Below, in pieces: positions 30,178 to 40,284 of a DNA stretch of 64,000 bases (position 1 is its first letter; every line of letters starts with the position of its first letter). A model generated the notes under the pieces. That model was not told where the DNA came from, did no database searches, and saw only the letters and a program-made list of their open reading frames with translations. The DNA is taken from assembly GCA_946409745.1 (NCBI GenBank), contig CAMJXP010000001.1:20498-84497 (forward strand). The letters run 5' to 3'. This stretch comes from an uncultured Candidatus Saccharibacteria bacterium. GTDB lineage: Bacteria; Patescibacteriota; Saccharimonadia; Saccharimonadales; Saccharimonadaceae. A program made the position numbers and the translations under genes.

Positions 30178-31493
30178 AAAACTTCTCCTAATTTAGTTTT
30201 TAATTCGTGGGCGAGTTGGTTAATAGCATCAGCGTCGTTGCCCCACATGGTGATGCGAATGAGATTTTCGGTGCCGGATGGACGAACGAGCAAACGACCT
30301 TCGACGGATTCAAGTTTCTGATTGAATTCTAGAAGAAGATTTTTGGCTTCGTCTTTTTCTTTCAAGGCTTTCTTTTGCTCTGGCGTAGCGTCCATGTTCA
30401 GAATGATTTGCGGGAATTTAGTCATGATGGATGCAAGGCCTTTTAGGGATTTCTTAGTTTCAGCAACAACCTTTGTAATCATGAGAGCGGTGAGCATGCC
30501 GTCGCCGGTTGCTTCGCCTGGGAGGATGATGTGGCCGGATTGTTCGCCGCCAATTTTGATGTCTTTTTCGCGCATGGCAGCAGCAACATTGGAGTCGCCC
30601 ACGGCGGTGATTTCGGCGTGGATGTTGCTATCCTTGGCCCAGTTGAGGAGACCTTGGTTTGCCATTACGGTAATCGCGATTTTATCGAGTTTCAAGTGAT
30701 TTGCAAGGATTGCAATAATCTCGTCACCATCGACGACTTCGCCTTCGTGATTTACAAGCAAACAGCGATCGCCGTCACCATCAAAGGCAACGCCAAAATC
30801 GAGTTGGTTGTTTTTAACTAAGTCCTGAAGTTGTTCGAGATGAGTACTACCACAATCGTGATTGATACCGGTGCCATAGCTCGCGTCGGCATTGATGAGT
30901 TCGACCTTGGCACCGAGCGCTTCAAAAATGGATTTATTTACAACGCTGGTGGCACCATTGGCGCAGTCCATGCCAATGTGAAGACCGTTGAAGCTTACTT
31001 CGCCAAGATAATCTTTTAAGTGTGATTTGTAAAGGTCGAGCGCGTCATCGTGAAGGCTTTCGCGGAAAGTGCCTGGACCTGGGTCATAGAAGAACGGCTC
31101 TTTATCAAGTTCGGCTTCGATGGCATTACAACCGGCTTCAGAAAGTTTGGTGCCGGAGGTTTTACCGCGTTCGAAAATCTTAATACCGTTATCAACATAT
31201 GGATTATGAGAGGCGGTGACATCAACGGCAAAATCAAAGCCCATTTGATAGAAACAATAATTAATGCCAGGAGTTGGAAGTACGTCGATGGTGGAATATT
31301 CGACGCCTAGGTTTTCAAAGGCAATTTCGAGGTCGCGAATAATCCATTCGGAAGATTCACGAGTATCGCCACCAATTAAGACTTTAATTTCATCACCGGC
31401 GTAGTCAACGAGACCACGAGCGATTTTAAAAAGAAATTCCGGAGTAAACTGATCGGCTTTTTGACGAATACCGTCGGTACCAAAATATTTCAT
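30174..31493 (-). CDS. glmM: Phosphoglucosamine mutase
   Basis: YFGTDGIR, TASHNP..DNGIK, FDGDGDR, GGEQSGH, VRPSGTE. Confidence 0.88.
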   Translation of the reverse strand: MKYFGTDGIRQKADQFTPEFLFKIARGLVDYAGDEIKVLIGGDTRESSEWIIRDLEIAFENLGVEYSTIDVLPTPGINYCFYQMGFDFAVDVTASHNPYVDNGIKIFERGKTSGTKLSEAGCNAIEAELDKEPFFYDPGPGTFRESLHDDALDLYKSHLKDYLGEVSFNGLHIGMDCANGATSVVNKSIFEALGAKVELINADASYGTGINHDCGSTHLEQLQDLVKNNQLDFGVAFDGDGDRCLLVNHEGEVVDGDEIIAILANHLKLDKIAITVMANQGLLNWAKDSNIHAEITAVGDSNVAAAMREKDIKIGGEQSGHIILPGEATGDGMLTALMITKVVAETKKSLKGLASIMTKFPQIILNMDATPEQKKALKEKDEAKNLLLEFNQKLESVEGRLLVRPSGTENLIRITMWGNDADAINQLAHELKTKLGEVL

Positions 31494-32248
31494 TAGGCGT
31501 TCCTTTCTAACATTTTTACAATGACATCAATGGTTAAAATTACATCTTCAACGGAGCTACCGCGGGAAAGGTCGGCGAGTGGGATGTTGAAGCCTTGGAT
31601 GATTGGGCCAGCCATGGTCCAGCCACCGAGATGCTCCATGCTCTTATATAATATATTGCCGGAGTTTAGGTCTGGAGTAATTAAGACATTAGCGTGGCCG
31701 GCAACTTCGGAGTTCCCAATTTTTTTCTCACCAACGCGTGGGTCGATGGCCGCATCAAGTTGCATTTCGCCATCAATCTGCCATTCCGGATGGTTTTTCT
31801 TGATTTCATCAATAACGTAGTAGATTTTTTCGAGATCAGGGTTTTTGCCACCACTGCCTTTAGTGGAATATGAGAGCATAGCAATGCGCGGAGTTTCTTT
31901 AAAATAGATTTCGCAGGTTCTCGCGGTGTCTTCAACAATAGTGTAGAGTTGTTCTTTCGATGGGATTTTGTTGACACCACCATCGGCGATAATCAAGCGT
32001 TTACCGTCTTTTTTGCCGACAAAGCAACTAGAGAAAAATGGGGAACTTAAAGGAATTTTTGCTTTGTAGGCGAGAAGGACATCACGCGAGGAATAATCGA
32101 GGCCAGAAACCATCGAATCCGCTTCGCCACGAGCGAGCATGTCAGTGGCAGTTTCGAGATCCGGAGCCGGAACAACTTCAAGGTCCGGGAATGAAACCAA
32201 AGCCTCTTTAATAATAGGATTTTCTGATTCAGGAAAAATTACTCTCAT
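31493..32248 (-). CDS. pta: Phosphate acetyltransferase (short form)
   Basis: IFPE, PRIAMLSYSTKGSG, DGEMQLDAA, GNILYK, GPIIQG...DLSRG. Confidence 0.85.
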   Translation of the reverse strand: MRVIFPESENPIIKEALVSFPDLEVVPAPDLETATDMLARGEADSMVSGLDYSSRDVLLAYKAKIPLSSPFFSSCFVGKKDGKRLIIADGGVNKIPSKEQLYTIVEDTARTCEIYFKETPRIAMLSYSTKGSGGKNPDLEKIYYVIDEIKKNHPEWQIDGEMQLDAAIDPRVGEKKIGNSEVAGHANVLITPDLNSGNILYKSMEHLGGWTMAGPIIQGFNIPLADLSRGSSVEDVILTIDVIVKMLERNA

Positions 32249-32266
32249 GAGTAATATTATACCATA

Positions 32267-32704
32267 TTAGAGAAGGGGTTGCTTTTTGCGAAGCAAATCA
32301 AGATGGATGAGGCCGGCGACATTGATTATTACAAATGTAGCGATTCCGAGCCCCTCGAGGAAAAGATCAATATGCCAATCGAAGTTAATAATATTGGCAA
32401 TTAAAAGTATTAGCCCGCCGATGATTGGAGCGGCAATTACGTAGATACAATAAACTAATGAGTGGTGAAACAGGATATTATCCATGCGACTAAGCGAGGC
32501 AAAAAAGTTAATTAGCCAGAGCACTATAGTGAGAAAACCGGAAATAGATACAAAGATGATAGAAAGAACAAAGGCTCCTAAGAGATTTAAATTATTAGTA
32601 AAAAATAGCAATATTAGTGATATTGTGGCTGAAATAACAAAAACAGTATTAAATGAAACTAGTGGGCTTAGAGTAGTAGGGCGTTCTGGTTTGTCGTTTT
32701 CCAT
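32267..32704 (-). CDS. Hypothetical 4-TM membrane protein (paralog of 33342-33806)
   Basis: Leaderless ATG 6 nt after TGTTATAAT; FNTVFVISA...INVAGLIH. Confidence 0.65.
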   Translation of the reverse strand: MENDKPERPTTLSPLVSFNTVFVISATISLILLFFTNNLNLLGAFVLSIIFVSISGFLTIVLWLINFFASLSRMDNILFHHSLVYCIYVIAAPIIGGLILLIANIINFDWHIDLFLEGLGIATFVIINVAGLIHLDLLRKKQPLL

Positions 32705-32762
32705 GGCTTTATTATAACATGCACAATGCTTATGGTATAATGAGGGAAATAGGAGGATTTTT

Positions 32763-33341
32763 ATGCACAAAGAAGCTGTGTCTTTGCCAGTAAGCTCTTG
32801 GGAAGACGAAGTAGTAACCGGTATCATCGAAGAGTTGGATGATACGCCACGCAGCGGTTATAATAAGGAGCCAGATCAGTTCTTGCTACCGGCGGGGATT
32901 GTGACAGCAGTTTTATCACTTGTCGTTGCACTAATTCTTTTCTTTGGTTTAGTGATTAGAAAGAAGGATCCAAAATCTGGATTTGCCAAGTGGTGGAAGG
33001 AATTCTTGAACTTCCGCAAGATTTGGATTGCCGGAATTATGAAGTTTGTTTATATTATCGGCTCACTACTTTGTATCTTTGGCGGTATTGCTCTCATGAT
33101 CTATGGTTTCTGGGAAGGCCGCGAACCGGGTATCATGATTATGGTTGGTCTTGGTACGATGATTGTCGGACCAATTTCACTAAGGTTAACATTTGAAATG
33201 ACCATGCTCTTTGTCGGTCTTTGGGAAAACACGGCTGACATTCGTGGCGCGGTAGTTGGTGCAAGGCAACGTGTTGAAGAGAAGAGAGCTGCGGTGCTTG
33301 CGAAGGCAGAAGCGAAGCCGGAACCAAAGCCAGAAGCTTAA
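32763..33341 (+). CDS. DUF4282-like membrane protein
   Basis: AGGAG SD; FLNFRK.....MKFVY...RLTFE...I pattern. Confidence 0.6.
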   Translation: MHKEAVSLPVSSWEDEVVTGIIEELDDTPRSGYNKEPDQFLLPAGIVTAVLSLVVALILFFGLVIRKKDPKSGFAKWWKEFLNFRKIWIAGIMKFVYIIGSLLCIFGGIALMIYGFWEGREPGIMIMVGLGTMIVGPISLRLTFEMTMLFVGLWENTADIRGAVVGARQRVEEKRAAVLAKAEAKPEPKPEA

Positions 33342-33806
33342 TTAGGCATGACTTTTTCTAGAGTGGCCTTCGCGAAGGCCACTTTCTTTTGCCGCTATTA
33401 TTGCATGGATAGTGCCTGCGATATTGATACTTAGATATGATAAAACTCCAATTTGATATAATACCGGGTTGTTATTTAGCTCGCGATAAACATTGTTGGC
33501 TATATATAAATAGATAGCTCCGAATACAAGGGAGATGGAAACATAGATACTATAAATGATTGCCGCACAATTGCGGTTTTGTTTATGGATGGGAATTAAG
33601 AGAAGGTTGTAAAAGCAAAAGATGATGATGGCAGGGCCAGTCGCAATTGCTATCAGGACAAATATTAGAAATAAACCGAGAGATTCCTGAAAACTCATTG
33701 TTGGGGTAAAATGTTCTAGTTCAAAATATAATACTGCTGTGATTACAAAAATAGAGTTGAAAATCATGAAGGCTAGAAGTTCTTTCGGAATCTTTGGTTT
33801 GTCCAT
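33342..33806 (-). CDS. Hypothetical 4-TM membrane protein (paralog of 32267-32704)
   Basis: Leaderless start; FNSIFVITA...INIAGTIH. Confidence 0.65.
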   Translation of the reverse strand: MDKPKIPKELLAFMIFNSIFVITAVLYFELEHFTPTMSFQESLGLFLIFVLIAIATGPAIIIFCFYNLLLIPIHKQNRNCAAIIYSIYVSISLVFGAIYLYIANNVYRELNNNPVLYQIGVLSYLSINIAGTIHAIIAAKESGLREGHSRKSHA

Positions 33807-33821
33807 AAGGACATTATAACA

Positions 33822-33849
33822 AAAAACAACCTCCGAGGAGGTTGTTTTT
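33822..33849 (-). terminator. dnaK terminator
   Basis: AAAAACAACCTC-CGAG-GAGGTTGTTTTT. Confidence 0.8.
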
Positions 33850-33859
33850 GTAGAAAGGA

Positions 33860-35746
33860 TTATTTGTCGACTACTTCGCCTTCGACTGCATCGTCGTCGC
33901 CTTTGTCGTCTTTTTTGTCATCAGACTTTTTATCGTCCGAGGCTTGTTGATACATTTTTGCACCAATTGGCATGATTTTGTTAGAAAGTTCCTTGGCGGC
34001 TTCTTCTAATTTATCCTTGTCAGCGTCGGTATCATTTAAGACTTTCTTGGCTTCTTCGACGGCTTTCTTGATGGTTTCTTTGTCGTCGTCGGAGATTTTG
34101 TCTTTGTATTCATCAGGCATTTTTTCAGCTTGATAGATAGCATTTTCTAGGTGGTTTCTGACATCGACAGTGTCACGCTTCTTCTTGTCTTCTTCGGCGT
34201 GAAGCTCGGCTTCCTTTTGGGCTTTTTCGATGTCATCCTTGCTCATGTTGCCGGAGTTTTGGATGGTGATGGATTGCTCTTTGCCGGTACCTTTATCCTT
34301 GGCGGTAACATTTAAGATACCGTTGGCATCAAGGTTGAAGGTAACTTCAATTTGTGGCACGCCACGAGGAGCCGGAGCGATACCATCAAGGATGAAGCGA
34401 CCGAGAGATTTGTTGTCTTTTGCGAATTCGCGCTCACCTTGAAGGACGTGAATCTCAACCTGCGGTTGGTTATCGGAAGCGGTAGAGAAGATTTCAGATT
34501 TAGAAGTTGGAATCGTAGTGTTACGATCGATGAGTGGAGTACGGACACCGCCCATGGTTTCGATACCAAGGGTGAGTGGAGTAACATCGAGGAGAAGAAT
34601 ATCCTTGACGTCGCCTTGAAGCACACCACCTTGAATAGCGGCACCAACAGCCACGACTTCGTCTGGGTTCACACCTTGCATTGGGTCCTTGCCAAAGATG
34701 GATTTCACCTTTTCGACCACGGCTGGCATACGAGTCATACCACCGACCATGACGATTTCGTCGATATCTTTGGTGGAGAGCTTGGCATCCTTAAGAGCCT
34801 TCTCAACTGGGCCAGCGAGACGATCGAGCAGTTCGGAAACGAGCTCTTCGAGTTTAGCACGAGTTAAAGTGTGTTCGAAATGCTTTGGACCATCAGCATC
34901 GGCAGAAAGGAATGGAAGGTTGATGTCGGTAGAAGTGGAGCTAGAAAGCTCCTTCTTGGCTTTTTCGGCTTCGTCCTTGACGCGTTGCATTGCAGCGGCA
35001 TCACCACGGATGTCGATACCAGATTCTTTCTTGAATTCATCAACGAGGTAATTCACGATGATGTTATCAAAGTCTTCACCACCGAGGTGAGTATCACCGT
35101 TTGTAGACATTACTTCGAAGACGCCGTCACCGAGTTCGAGAACAGAGACATCGAAAGTACCACCACCAAGGTCAAAGACGACAATCTTTTCGTCTTTCTT
35201 AGACTCAAGACCGTAGGCAAGAGCAGCAGCGGTTGGCTCGTTAATGATACGCTTGACTTCAAGGCCGGCAATTTTACCAGCATCCTTCGTAGCTTGGCGC
35301 TGTGAATCATCGAAATAGGCTGGGACAGTAATGATGGCTTCGGTCACCTTGTCGCCAAGGAAGGCTTCAGCATCAGCTTTGATCTTAGAAAGGATCATTG
35401 CAGAGATTTCTTCTGGCGTGTATTCCTTGCCATCCATCTCGACGGCAACGCCTTGGCCTTTTTTGACGATTTTGTACGGGCTGATTTCGAGGTCACGTTG
35501 GACTTCTTTATCGTCGAACTTGCGGCCAATCAAACGCTTAATACCATAGATGGTGTTCTTTGGGTTAGTAACACGTTGACGTTGGGCAACTTTACCAACT
35601 AGACGCTCGCCTTTTTTGGTGACGGCGACAACGGATGGAGTGGTGCGATCGCCTTCGGCGTTCGTAATAACTTCTGGCTTGCCAGCCACCATGTAGGCAA
35701 ATGCGGAGTTGGTTGTACCAAGGTCAATACCAATAATTTTTGACAT
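33860..35746 (-). CDS. dnaK: Chaperone DnaK
   Basis: [40 protein letters not shown]. Confidence 0.98.
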   Translation of the reverse strand: MSKIIGIDLGTTNSAFAYMVAGKPEVITNAEGDRTTPSVVAVTKKGERLVGKVAQRQRVTNPKNTIYGIKRLIGRKFDDKEVQRDLEISPYKIVKKGQGVAVEMDGKEYTPEEISAMILSKIKADAEAFLGDKVTEAIITVPAYFDDSQRQATKDAGKIAGLEVKRIINEPTAAALAYGLESKKDEKIVVFDLGGGTFDVSVLELGDGVFEVMSTNGDTHLGGEDFDNIIVNYLVDEFKKESGIDIRGDAAAMQRVKDEAEKAKKELSSSTSTDINLPFLSADADGPKHFEHTLTRAKLEELVSELLDRLAGPVEKALKDAKLSTKDIDEIVMVGGMTRMPAVVEKVKSIFGKDPMQGVNPDEVVAVGAAIQGGVLQGDVKDILLLDVTPLTLGIETMGGVRTPLIDRNTTIPTSKSEIFSTASDNQPQVEIHVLQGEREFAKDNKSLGRFILDGIAPAPRGVPQIEVTFNLDANGILNVTAKDKGTGKEQSITIQNSGNMSKDDIEKAQKEAELHAEEDKKKRDTVDVRNHLENAIYQAEKMPDEYKDKISDDDKETIKKAVEEAKKVLNDTDADKDKLEEAAKELSNKIMPIGAKMYQQASDDKKSDDKKDDKGDDDAVEGEVVDK

Positions 35747-35771
35747 TTTATCCTCACTTTCTTTAATATGT

Positions 35772-35798
35772 CTAGCACTCGACGCGTGTGAGTGCTAA
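35772..35798 (-). promoter_or_regulatory. CIRCE element 1 (HrcA operator)
   Basis: Minus strand TTAGCACTC-N9-GAGTGCTAG, one mismatch to consensus, in the dnaK leader. Confidence 0.9.
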
Positions 35799-35806
35799 TT
35801 AACTCT

Positions 35807-35844
35807 ATTGTAGTAAACTAGCACTCATTTGTCAATAGTGCTAA
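35807..35844 (-). promoter_or_regulatory. CIRCE element 2 overlapping the dnaK sigma70 promoter
   Basis: Minus strand TTAGCACTA-TTGACAAAT-GAGTGCTAG (35844-35818). Its spacer contains -35 TTGACA, 17 nt from -10 TACAAT (35812-35807). Confidence 0.85.
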
Positions 35845-36569
35845 TAAATTTCGCCATCTCTTAAAAGGTGAAGATTTTTGGGCAATTCGTGTTTAGAGTT
35901 TCGAACTTCGTTTGAAATATGGGTGCCAAGGAAGAGTTTTTCTGGATATTCTTCGGCAAAATTTATCACGGTATCGAGGCCCATATGAAAAATACATTCG
36001 GTGAGATAAGAAGTGTCGATTACGAGAGTGTCGGAAACTTCGATGATTTTCTTGATATTTGGACAAGTTTTGCTGTCACCAGAGAAGCCGACGGTATGAT
36101 CTTTGGTTTTAAAAATCAGTCCATAAGAGGGAACCATGGCGGCGTGGTCGACCTTGAGGGCTTTAACCTCATAGTCTTTAAAGTGAATTGGGTGATTGTT
36201 ATATTCTTTAATTTCAGAAGAGAAACGCATCCAGGAATCTGGATCAATGTTTTGGTCAAGAGTGTTTAAGGCGATGACACGGAGCGCTTCGATACCACCA
36301 ACCGGCAGATAAATACGGAGAGTAGGGACATTTGGGTCGTCATCTTTAAGGATGTTGCGGTGAGCGACGATGGCGGTTAGATCGATGAAATGGTCAGTAT
36401 GAAGATGGGTGATAAAGATAGCTTCGAGACTTTTAATATCGATGTTCTCTTGGAGAAGTTTTTTGTAGACGCCATGGCCAGCATCAACTAAAATCGTATC
36501 ATCGATTAAGGTCGAGGCACAGATTTCTTTGGAACGGGCGTTACCACTGCCAATGATTTTTAACTTCAT
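35841..36569 (-). CDS. MBL-fold hydrolase, RNase Z/ElaC-like
   Basis: IIGSG, LVDAG, THLHTDH, FSGDS, H...GTH. Confidence 0.8.
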   Translation of the reverse strand: MKLKIIGSGNARSKEICASTLIDDTILVDAGHGVYKKLLQENIDIKSLEAIFITHLHTDHFIDLTAIVAHRNILKDDDPNVPTLRIYLPVGGIEALRVIALNTLDQNIDPDSWMRFSSEIKEYNNHPIHFKDYEVKALKVDHAAMVPSYGLIFKTKDHTVGFSGDSKTCPNIKKIIEVSDTLVIDTSYLTECIFHMGLDTVINFAEEYPEKLFLGTHISNEVRNSKHELPKNLHLLRDGEIY

Positions 36570-36626
36570 AATCTATAATTATATGGGTTTAGAGATAAAA
36601 GGCAAGATTTCTGGTATAATATAGAT

Positions 36627-37646
36627 ATGGCAATTGAGAGGCTAGTTGAACCAACGGCTGCGAATGATTCTGAAGAGGCGAAGATTGAAATTTCGCTTCG
36701 TCCGACGACTTTTAAAGAATACATTGGCCAAGAGCATCTCAAGAATAATCTGAAACTAGCAATTGATGCAGTAAAGAAACGTAATGATGGCGCTTCGCTC
36801 GACCATGTATTATTATATGGTCCACCGGGGCTTGGTAAGACGACGATGGCAGGCGTGATTGCACACGAACTGGGCGCGAATCTTAGAGTAACTTCTGGGC
36901 CGGCAATTGAAAGGGCGGGGGATTTAGCATCAATTCTCACAAATCTAAAAGATGGGGACGTGCTGTTTATTGACGAGATTCATCGCCTTCGCCGAGCGGT
37001 AGAGGAGGTGCTTTATTCGGCGATGGAGGATTATAAACTCGATATCGTGATTGGTAAAGGGCCGGCGGCGAGAAGCGTGCGTCTGGATTTACCACATTTT
37101 ACGGTGATTGGGGCGACGACGAGGACGGGTTCACTCGCGGGACCACTTCGTGATCGGTTTGGAATTATTCATCGTTTGGAATACTACAAGGAGCCAGAGA
37201 TTGAGCAGATTATCAATCGGACGGCGGGGATTTTGAACACTCAGATTAGCCCAGATGCGACGGCGCTTCTTGCGACGCGTTCAAGATTAACGCCACGCAT
37301 TGCGAACCGCTTATTTAAACGCGTACGTGACTATGCGGATGTGAATGGTGATGGAATTATTGATACGAAGATTGCGGAAAAATCTCTGGAACTCATGGAG
37401 ATTGATTATCTGGGTCTTGATCCGGCGGATAGAAATATGTTGAAATTGATGTATGATAATTATGGAGACCGGCCGGTTGGTCTTACGACAATCGCGGCGC
37501 TGACGGGTGACGAAGCGACGACGATTGAGGATTACTATGAACCTTATCTTTTACAACTTGGACTTTTAGCCCGAACGCCGAGAGGCCGAGTGGTAACGGA
37601 GAAGGGAAAAAATCATTTGAAAGGAGATAAATGGACAAAAATCTAA
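36627..37646 (+). CDS. ruvB: Holliday junction branch migration helicase RuvB
   Basis: SLRP...[30 protein letters not shown]. Confidence 0.97.
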   Translation: MAIERLVEPTAANDSEEAKIEISLRPTTFKEYIGQEHLKNNLKLAIDAVKKRNDGASLDHVLLYGPPGLGKTTMAGVIAHELGANLRVTSGPAIERAGDLASILTNLKDGDVLFIDEIHRLRRAVEEVLYSAMEDYKLDIVIGKGPAARSVRLDLPHFTVIGATTRTGSLAGPLRDRFGIIHRLEYYKEPEIEQIINRTAGILNTQISPDATALLATRSRLTPRIANRLFKRVRDYADVNGDGIIDTKIAEKSLELMEIDYLGLDPADRNMLKLMYDNYGDRPVGLTTIAALTGDEATTIEDYYEPYLLQLGLLARTPRGRVVTEKGKNHLKGDKWTKI

Positions 37647-38194
37647 TCAAAATCCGACATGACAGGAGCGTGAAGGATTTTCCATTTTTGAAACTGGAGG
37701 AAGATGAATATGTCGAATTTTCGTTCAAGAGAGCGAAGATCTGCTATATGCTGATTTTTGGTGGTGTGGCAGCGGCGCTTATTGTGGTGCTTGCAGTATT
37801 CTTATTGGTGCTAATGAGTCAAAGCACACTTGATACAATGGCGAGAAATTTCATGTATATATTATTAGCAGTCTTAGTTGCGACAGCACTAATTGCAGCT
37901 TATATTGCGGTGACGGTGTTTAGCAAGAATAAACTGATTCTCACTAATAAACATGCGGTGCAATATGTTATGAAGCACCCATTAGCGACTTCGGTCAATA
38001 TTATCGATCTCGTTTCAGTGGAAGATGCGAGCTTCTCGCAAGAGGGGATTTTCCAGAACTTCTTTAAATACGGAACGCTTCGCCTCTCGACGGTCGGTGA
38101 TGAAACGACTTACACTTTTCCGTATTCAGATATTACACCAGCCGAATTAAAGGCGGTATCAAAATTAATCAGTTCGAAGAAGCAAAAAGATTAA
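37631..38194 (+). CDS. Membrane protein with bacterial PH-like domain
   Basis: Two TMs, then LILTN...VEDAS..Q.G......YGTLRLST.G. Confidence 0.65.
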   Translation: MDKNLIKIRHDRSVKDFPFLKLEEDEYVEFSFKRAKICYMLIFGGVAAALIVVLAVFLLVLMSQSTLDTMARNFMYILLAVLVATALIAAYIAVTVFSKNKLILTNKHAVQYVMKHPLATSVNIIDLVSVEDASFSQEGIFQNFFKYGTLRLSTVGDETTYTFPYSDITPAELKAVSKLISSKKQKD

Positions 38195-38583
38195 TTATTG
38201 CGACTATTCTTGATGTAAGCGTCTTCTTTTTCGAGCTCGGCTTTTAGAACGTATTCTTTGCAGTGGCCTTTTTCGCAGTTGGCAGGAGTGTAGGAATAGG
38301 AACTAGCACCATCACTGATGTGGATGCCGTTCGGATCACTCCAGAGGGCGGGATCGATGTAAGGAATGACTTCTTCGTTGATTTCTTCAGGGTAATATTT
38401 GTGCTTGGCGTAGTAGCCTTCCTCTAGGGCGAAGTACATAGCGTTGATAGCGGTCTTACGATCTTCGTCGCGCTCCATAGCATCAAGGTTGGATTTTTGG
38501 ATAAAGAAGAGAATTAGGAGTAGCGAGGCAAAAACGGCTACGATGATAATCTCTAAAACTGTGAAGCCCTTTTTCGTTTTCAT
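38191..38583 (-). CDS. Type IV pilin / pseudopilin
   Basis: Class III signal KKG-FTVLE, hydrophobic helix, RDEDRK, C-terminal Cys pair. Confidence 0.85.
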   Translation of the reverse strand: MKTKKGFTVLEIIIVAVFASLLLILFFIQKSNLDAMERDEDRKTAINAMYFALEEGYYAKHKYYPEEINEEVIPYIDPALWSDPNGIHISDGASSYSYTPANCEKGHCKEYVLKAELEKEDAYIKNSRNN

Positions 38584-38625
38584 ATCTTTATTATATCATG
38601 GTTTTATGTTATAATGGAAAAACGT

Positions 38626-38702
38626 GGTACCGTAGCTCAGCAGGTTAGAGCGTGGGACTCATAAGCCCGAGGTCGGTGGTTCGATCCCACCCGGTACCAC
38701 CA
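38626..38702 (+). tRNA. tRNA with CAT anticodon (elongator Met most likely; Ile2 not excluded)
   Basis: Cloverleaf GGTACCG/CGGTACC, loop CTCATAA, TTCGA T-loop, encoded CCA. G1-C72 is paired, so not an initiator. Confidence 0.9.
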
Positions 38703-38754
38703 TGCATAAGCTCCAGCAGGAGCATTTTTGTTGGGAACCACCGGGCTACGCCAA

Positions 38755-38784
38755 CGGTGGTTCGATCCCACCCGGTACCACCAT
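38755..38784 (+). repeat. 30-bp direct repeat of the tRNA-CAT 3' end (att-like)
   Basis: CGGTGGTTCGATCCCACCCGGTACCACCAT is identical to 38674-38703. Confidence 0.9.
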
Positions 38785-38805
38785 TTTTTATGCTAAAATA
38801 AAAGT

Positions 38806-40284
38806 ATGAAAGAAAGACTATCGAAGTTTTGGCCGTATGCGTCGCTTCTCGCGTGTATTGGGATTTTTTTAGCATTGGTACTACAGAGTATCAACCTACC
38901 AATTTGGTTTGATGAAGGTTATACGGCGTATCTCGTGAAAGGCGATTTTGGCGAAATCTGGAGCCTCACGGCGATGGATGTACATCCGCCGTTTTATTAT
39001 TTCTTACTCAAAATCTGGTCTATGATTTTTGGAACGTCTTTAGTGTCGCTTAGGATGATGTCTGTATTCTTTGGTGTAGTGGCGATTATCTTGCTGTTTT
39101 TCCTAGTGAAGAAATGGTTTGGCAAGAAACCGGCGATGGTGGCAACGCTTGCGATGGCGATTTCGCCGTTTTTAGTTCGCTACGGGATGGAAATGCGGAT
39201 GTACATGGTGATTCTTACGATTGTACTTGCCGCGACTTATGTGCTGACGCTTGCGGTCGAGAAGAATCAGAAAAAATGGTGGGTGTTTTATGCGATACTG
39301 GTGGCGCTTGGAATGTACACGCATTATTTCACGGCGCTGATTTGGCTCACGCACATTTTGTATTTGCAATTCGTACTGAAAAAACCGGTTTATAAGAAGC
39401 CGATTATCTTTGCATATCTCGGTGCGGTGTTGCTCTATATCCCGTGGATTCCGGCACTGTTAGGACAGATGAAATCAATTTCAGGTGGGTTTTGGATTCC
39501 GCCGGTTACAGCCGAGACACCAGTGAATTTTCTTACGAACATTTTCTTCTTTAAGAGCGCCGGGGAATTAGCGGGTTGGAGCCTTTTACTTGCGATAGTA
39601 TTTTTTGCCGTTTATATCTTAGTAGAGAAGAAGGCATTTAAGGCGATTAAAAAAGAGAAGAGCCAGCTAATCTTCCTACTGATGCTATTTGTGGTGCCAC
39701 CACTTGCGATGATTTTAGTTTCGCTCATTTACAAACCAATGTTTGTGGATCGATATTTAATTCCGTCTAGTATCATTGCATGGGTTCTGCTCGGGGTGTC
39801 GCTTGCGATTTTGCCACTTAAAAAGGTATGTGATAAATGGGTAGCAGGAATGTCGGCTCTCGTGATTGTGGCGACGGCGGTGGTTGGAAATGTAAATATC
39901 TTGAACCGGGCGCCGGATTCGTATGTGGCGGAAATTGTAACGAAAGTGCAAGATACGAAACTTAATTTGCCAATCTTAGCTGATGATATTTGGGTGTTCT
40001 TTGCGTCGGCGATTTATGCAGACGAAAAGAATCCAGTTTATGGGACACTCGAAACGACCTTTACGAATGGTTGGGGGTCGGAAGAGCCGATGAAATATTT
40101 TGAGGACAGACTTGAGAGAAAAGATTCGCAAGTTTATGAGACGCTTGAAGATTTCTTGAATGAGAACAAAGAGTTTTGGTATGTGACAGAAAAAGAGAAT
40201 CGTTTCCCGGAAGGAGTTTATATAGTTCTCGAGCGCGAAGCGACCGAGCATCATTTTGCATACAGATTGAGGTGTATTGAATAA
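38806..40284 (+). CDS. GT39/PMT-like (GT-C) membrane glycosyltransferase
   Basis: IWFDE, DVHPPFYY, RMMSV, EMRMY, YTHYF motifs; many TMs. Confidence 0.85.
   Translation: MKERLSKFWPYASLLACIGIFLALVLQSINLPIWFDEGYTAYLVKGDFGEIWSLTAMDVHPPFYYFLLKIWSMIFGTSLVSLRMMSVFFGVVAIILLFFLVKKWFGKKPAMVATLAMAISPFLVRYGMEMRMYMVILTIVLAATYVLTLAVEKNQKKWWVFYAILVALGMYTHYFTALIWLTHILYLQFVLKKPVYKKPIIFAYLGAVLLYIPWIPALLGQMKSISGGFWIPPVTAETPVNFLTNIFFFKSAGELAGWSLLLAIVFFAVYILVEKKAFKAIKKEKSQLIFLLMLFVVPPLAMILVSLIYKPMFVDRYLIPSSIIAWVLLGVSLAILPLKKVCDKWVAGMSALVIVATAVVGNVNILNRAPDSYVAEIVTKVQDTKLNLPILADDIWVFFASAIYADEKNPVYGTLETTFTNGWGSEEPMKYFEDRLERKDSQVYETLEDFLNENKEFWYVTEKENRFPEGVYIVLEREATEHHFAYRLRCIE

Noticed and set aside
34230-35549. 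Several plus-strand ORFs of 70-171 aa
   Set aside because: Antisense to dnaK, a known artefact of biased codon usage.
38645-38875. 76-aa minus ORF with repeated GGTGWDRTT
   Set aside because: Simply the antisense translation of the tRNA and its duplicated 3' end.
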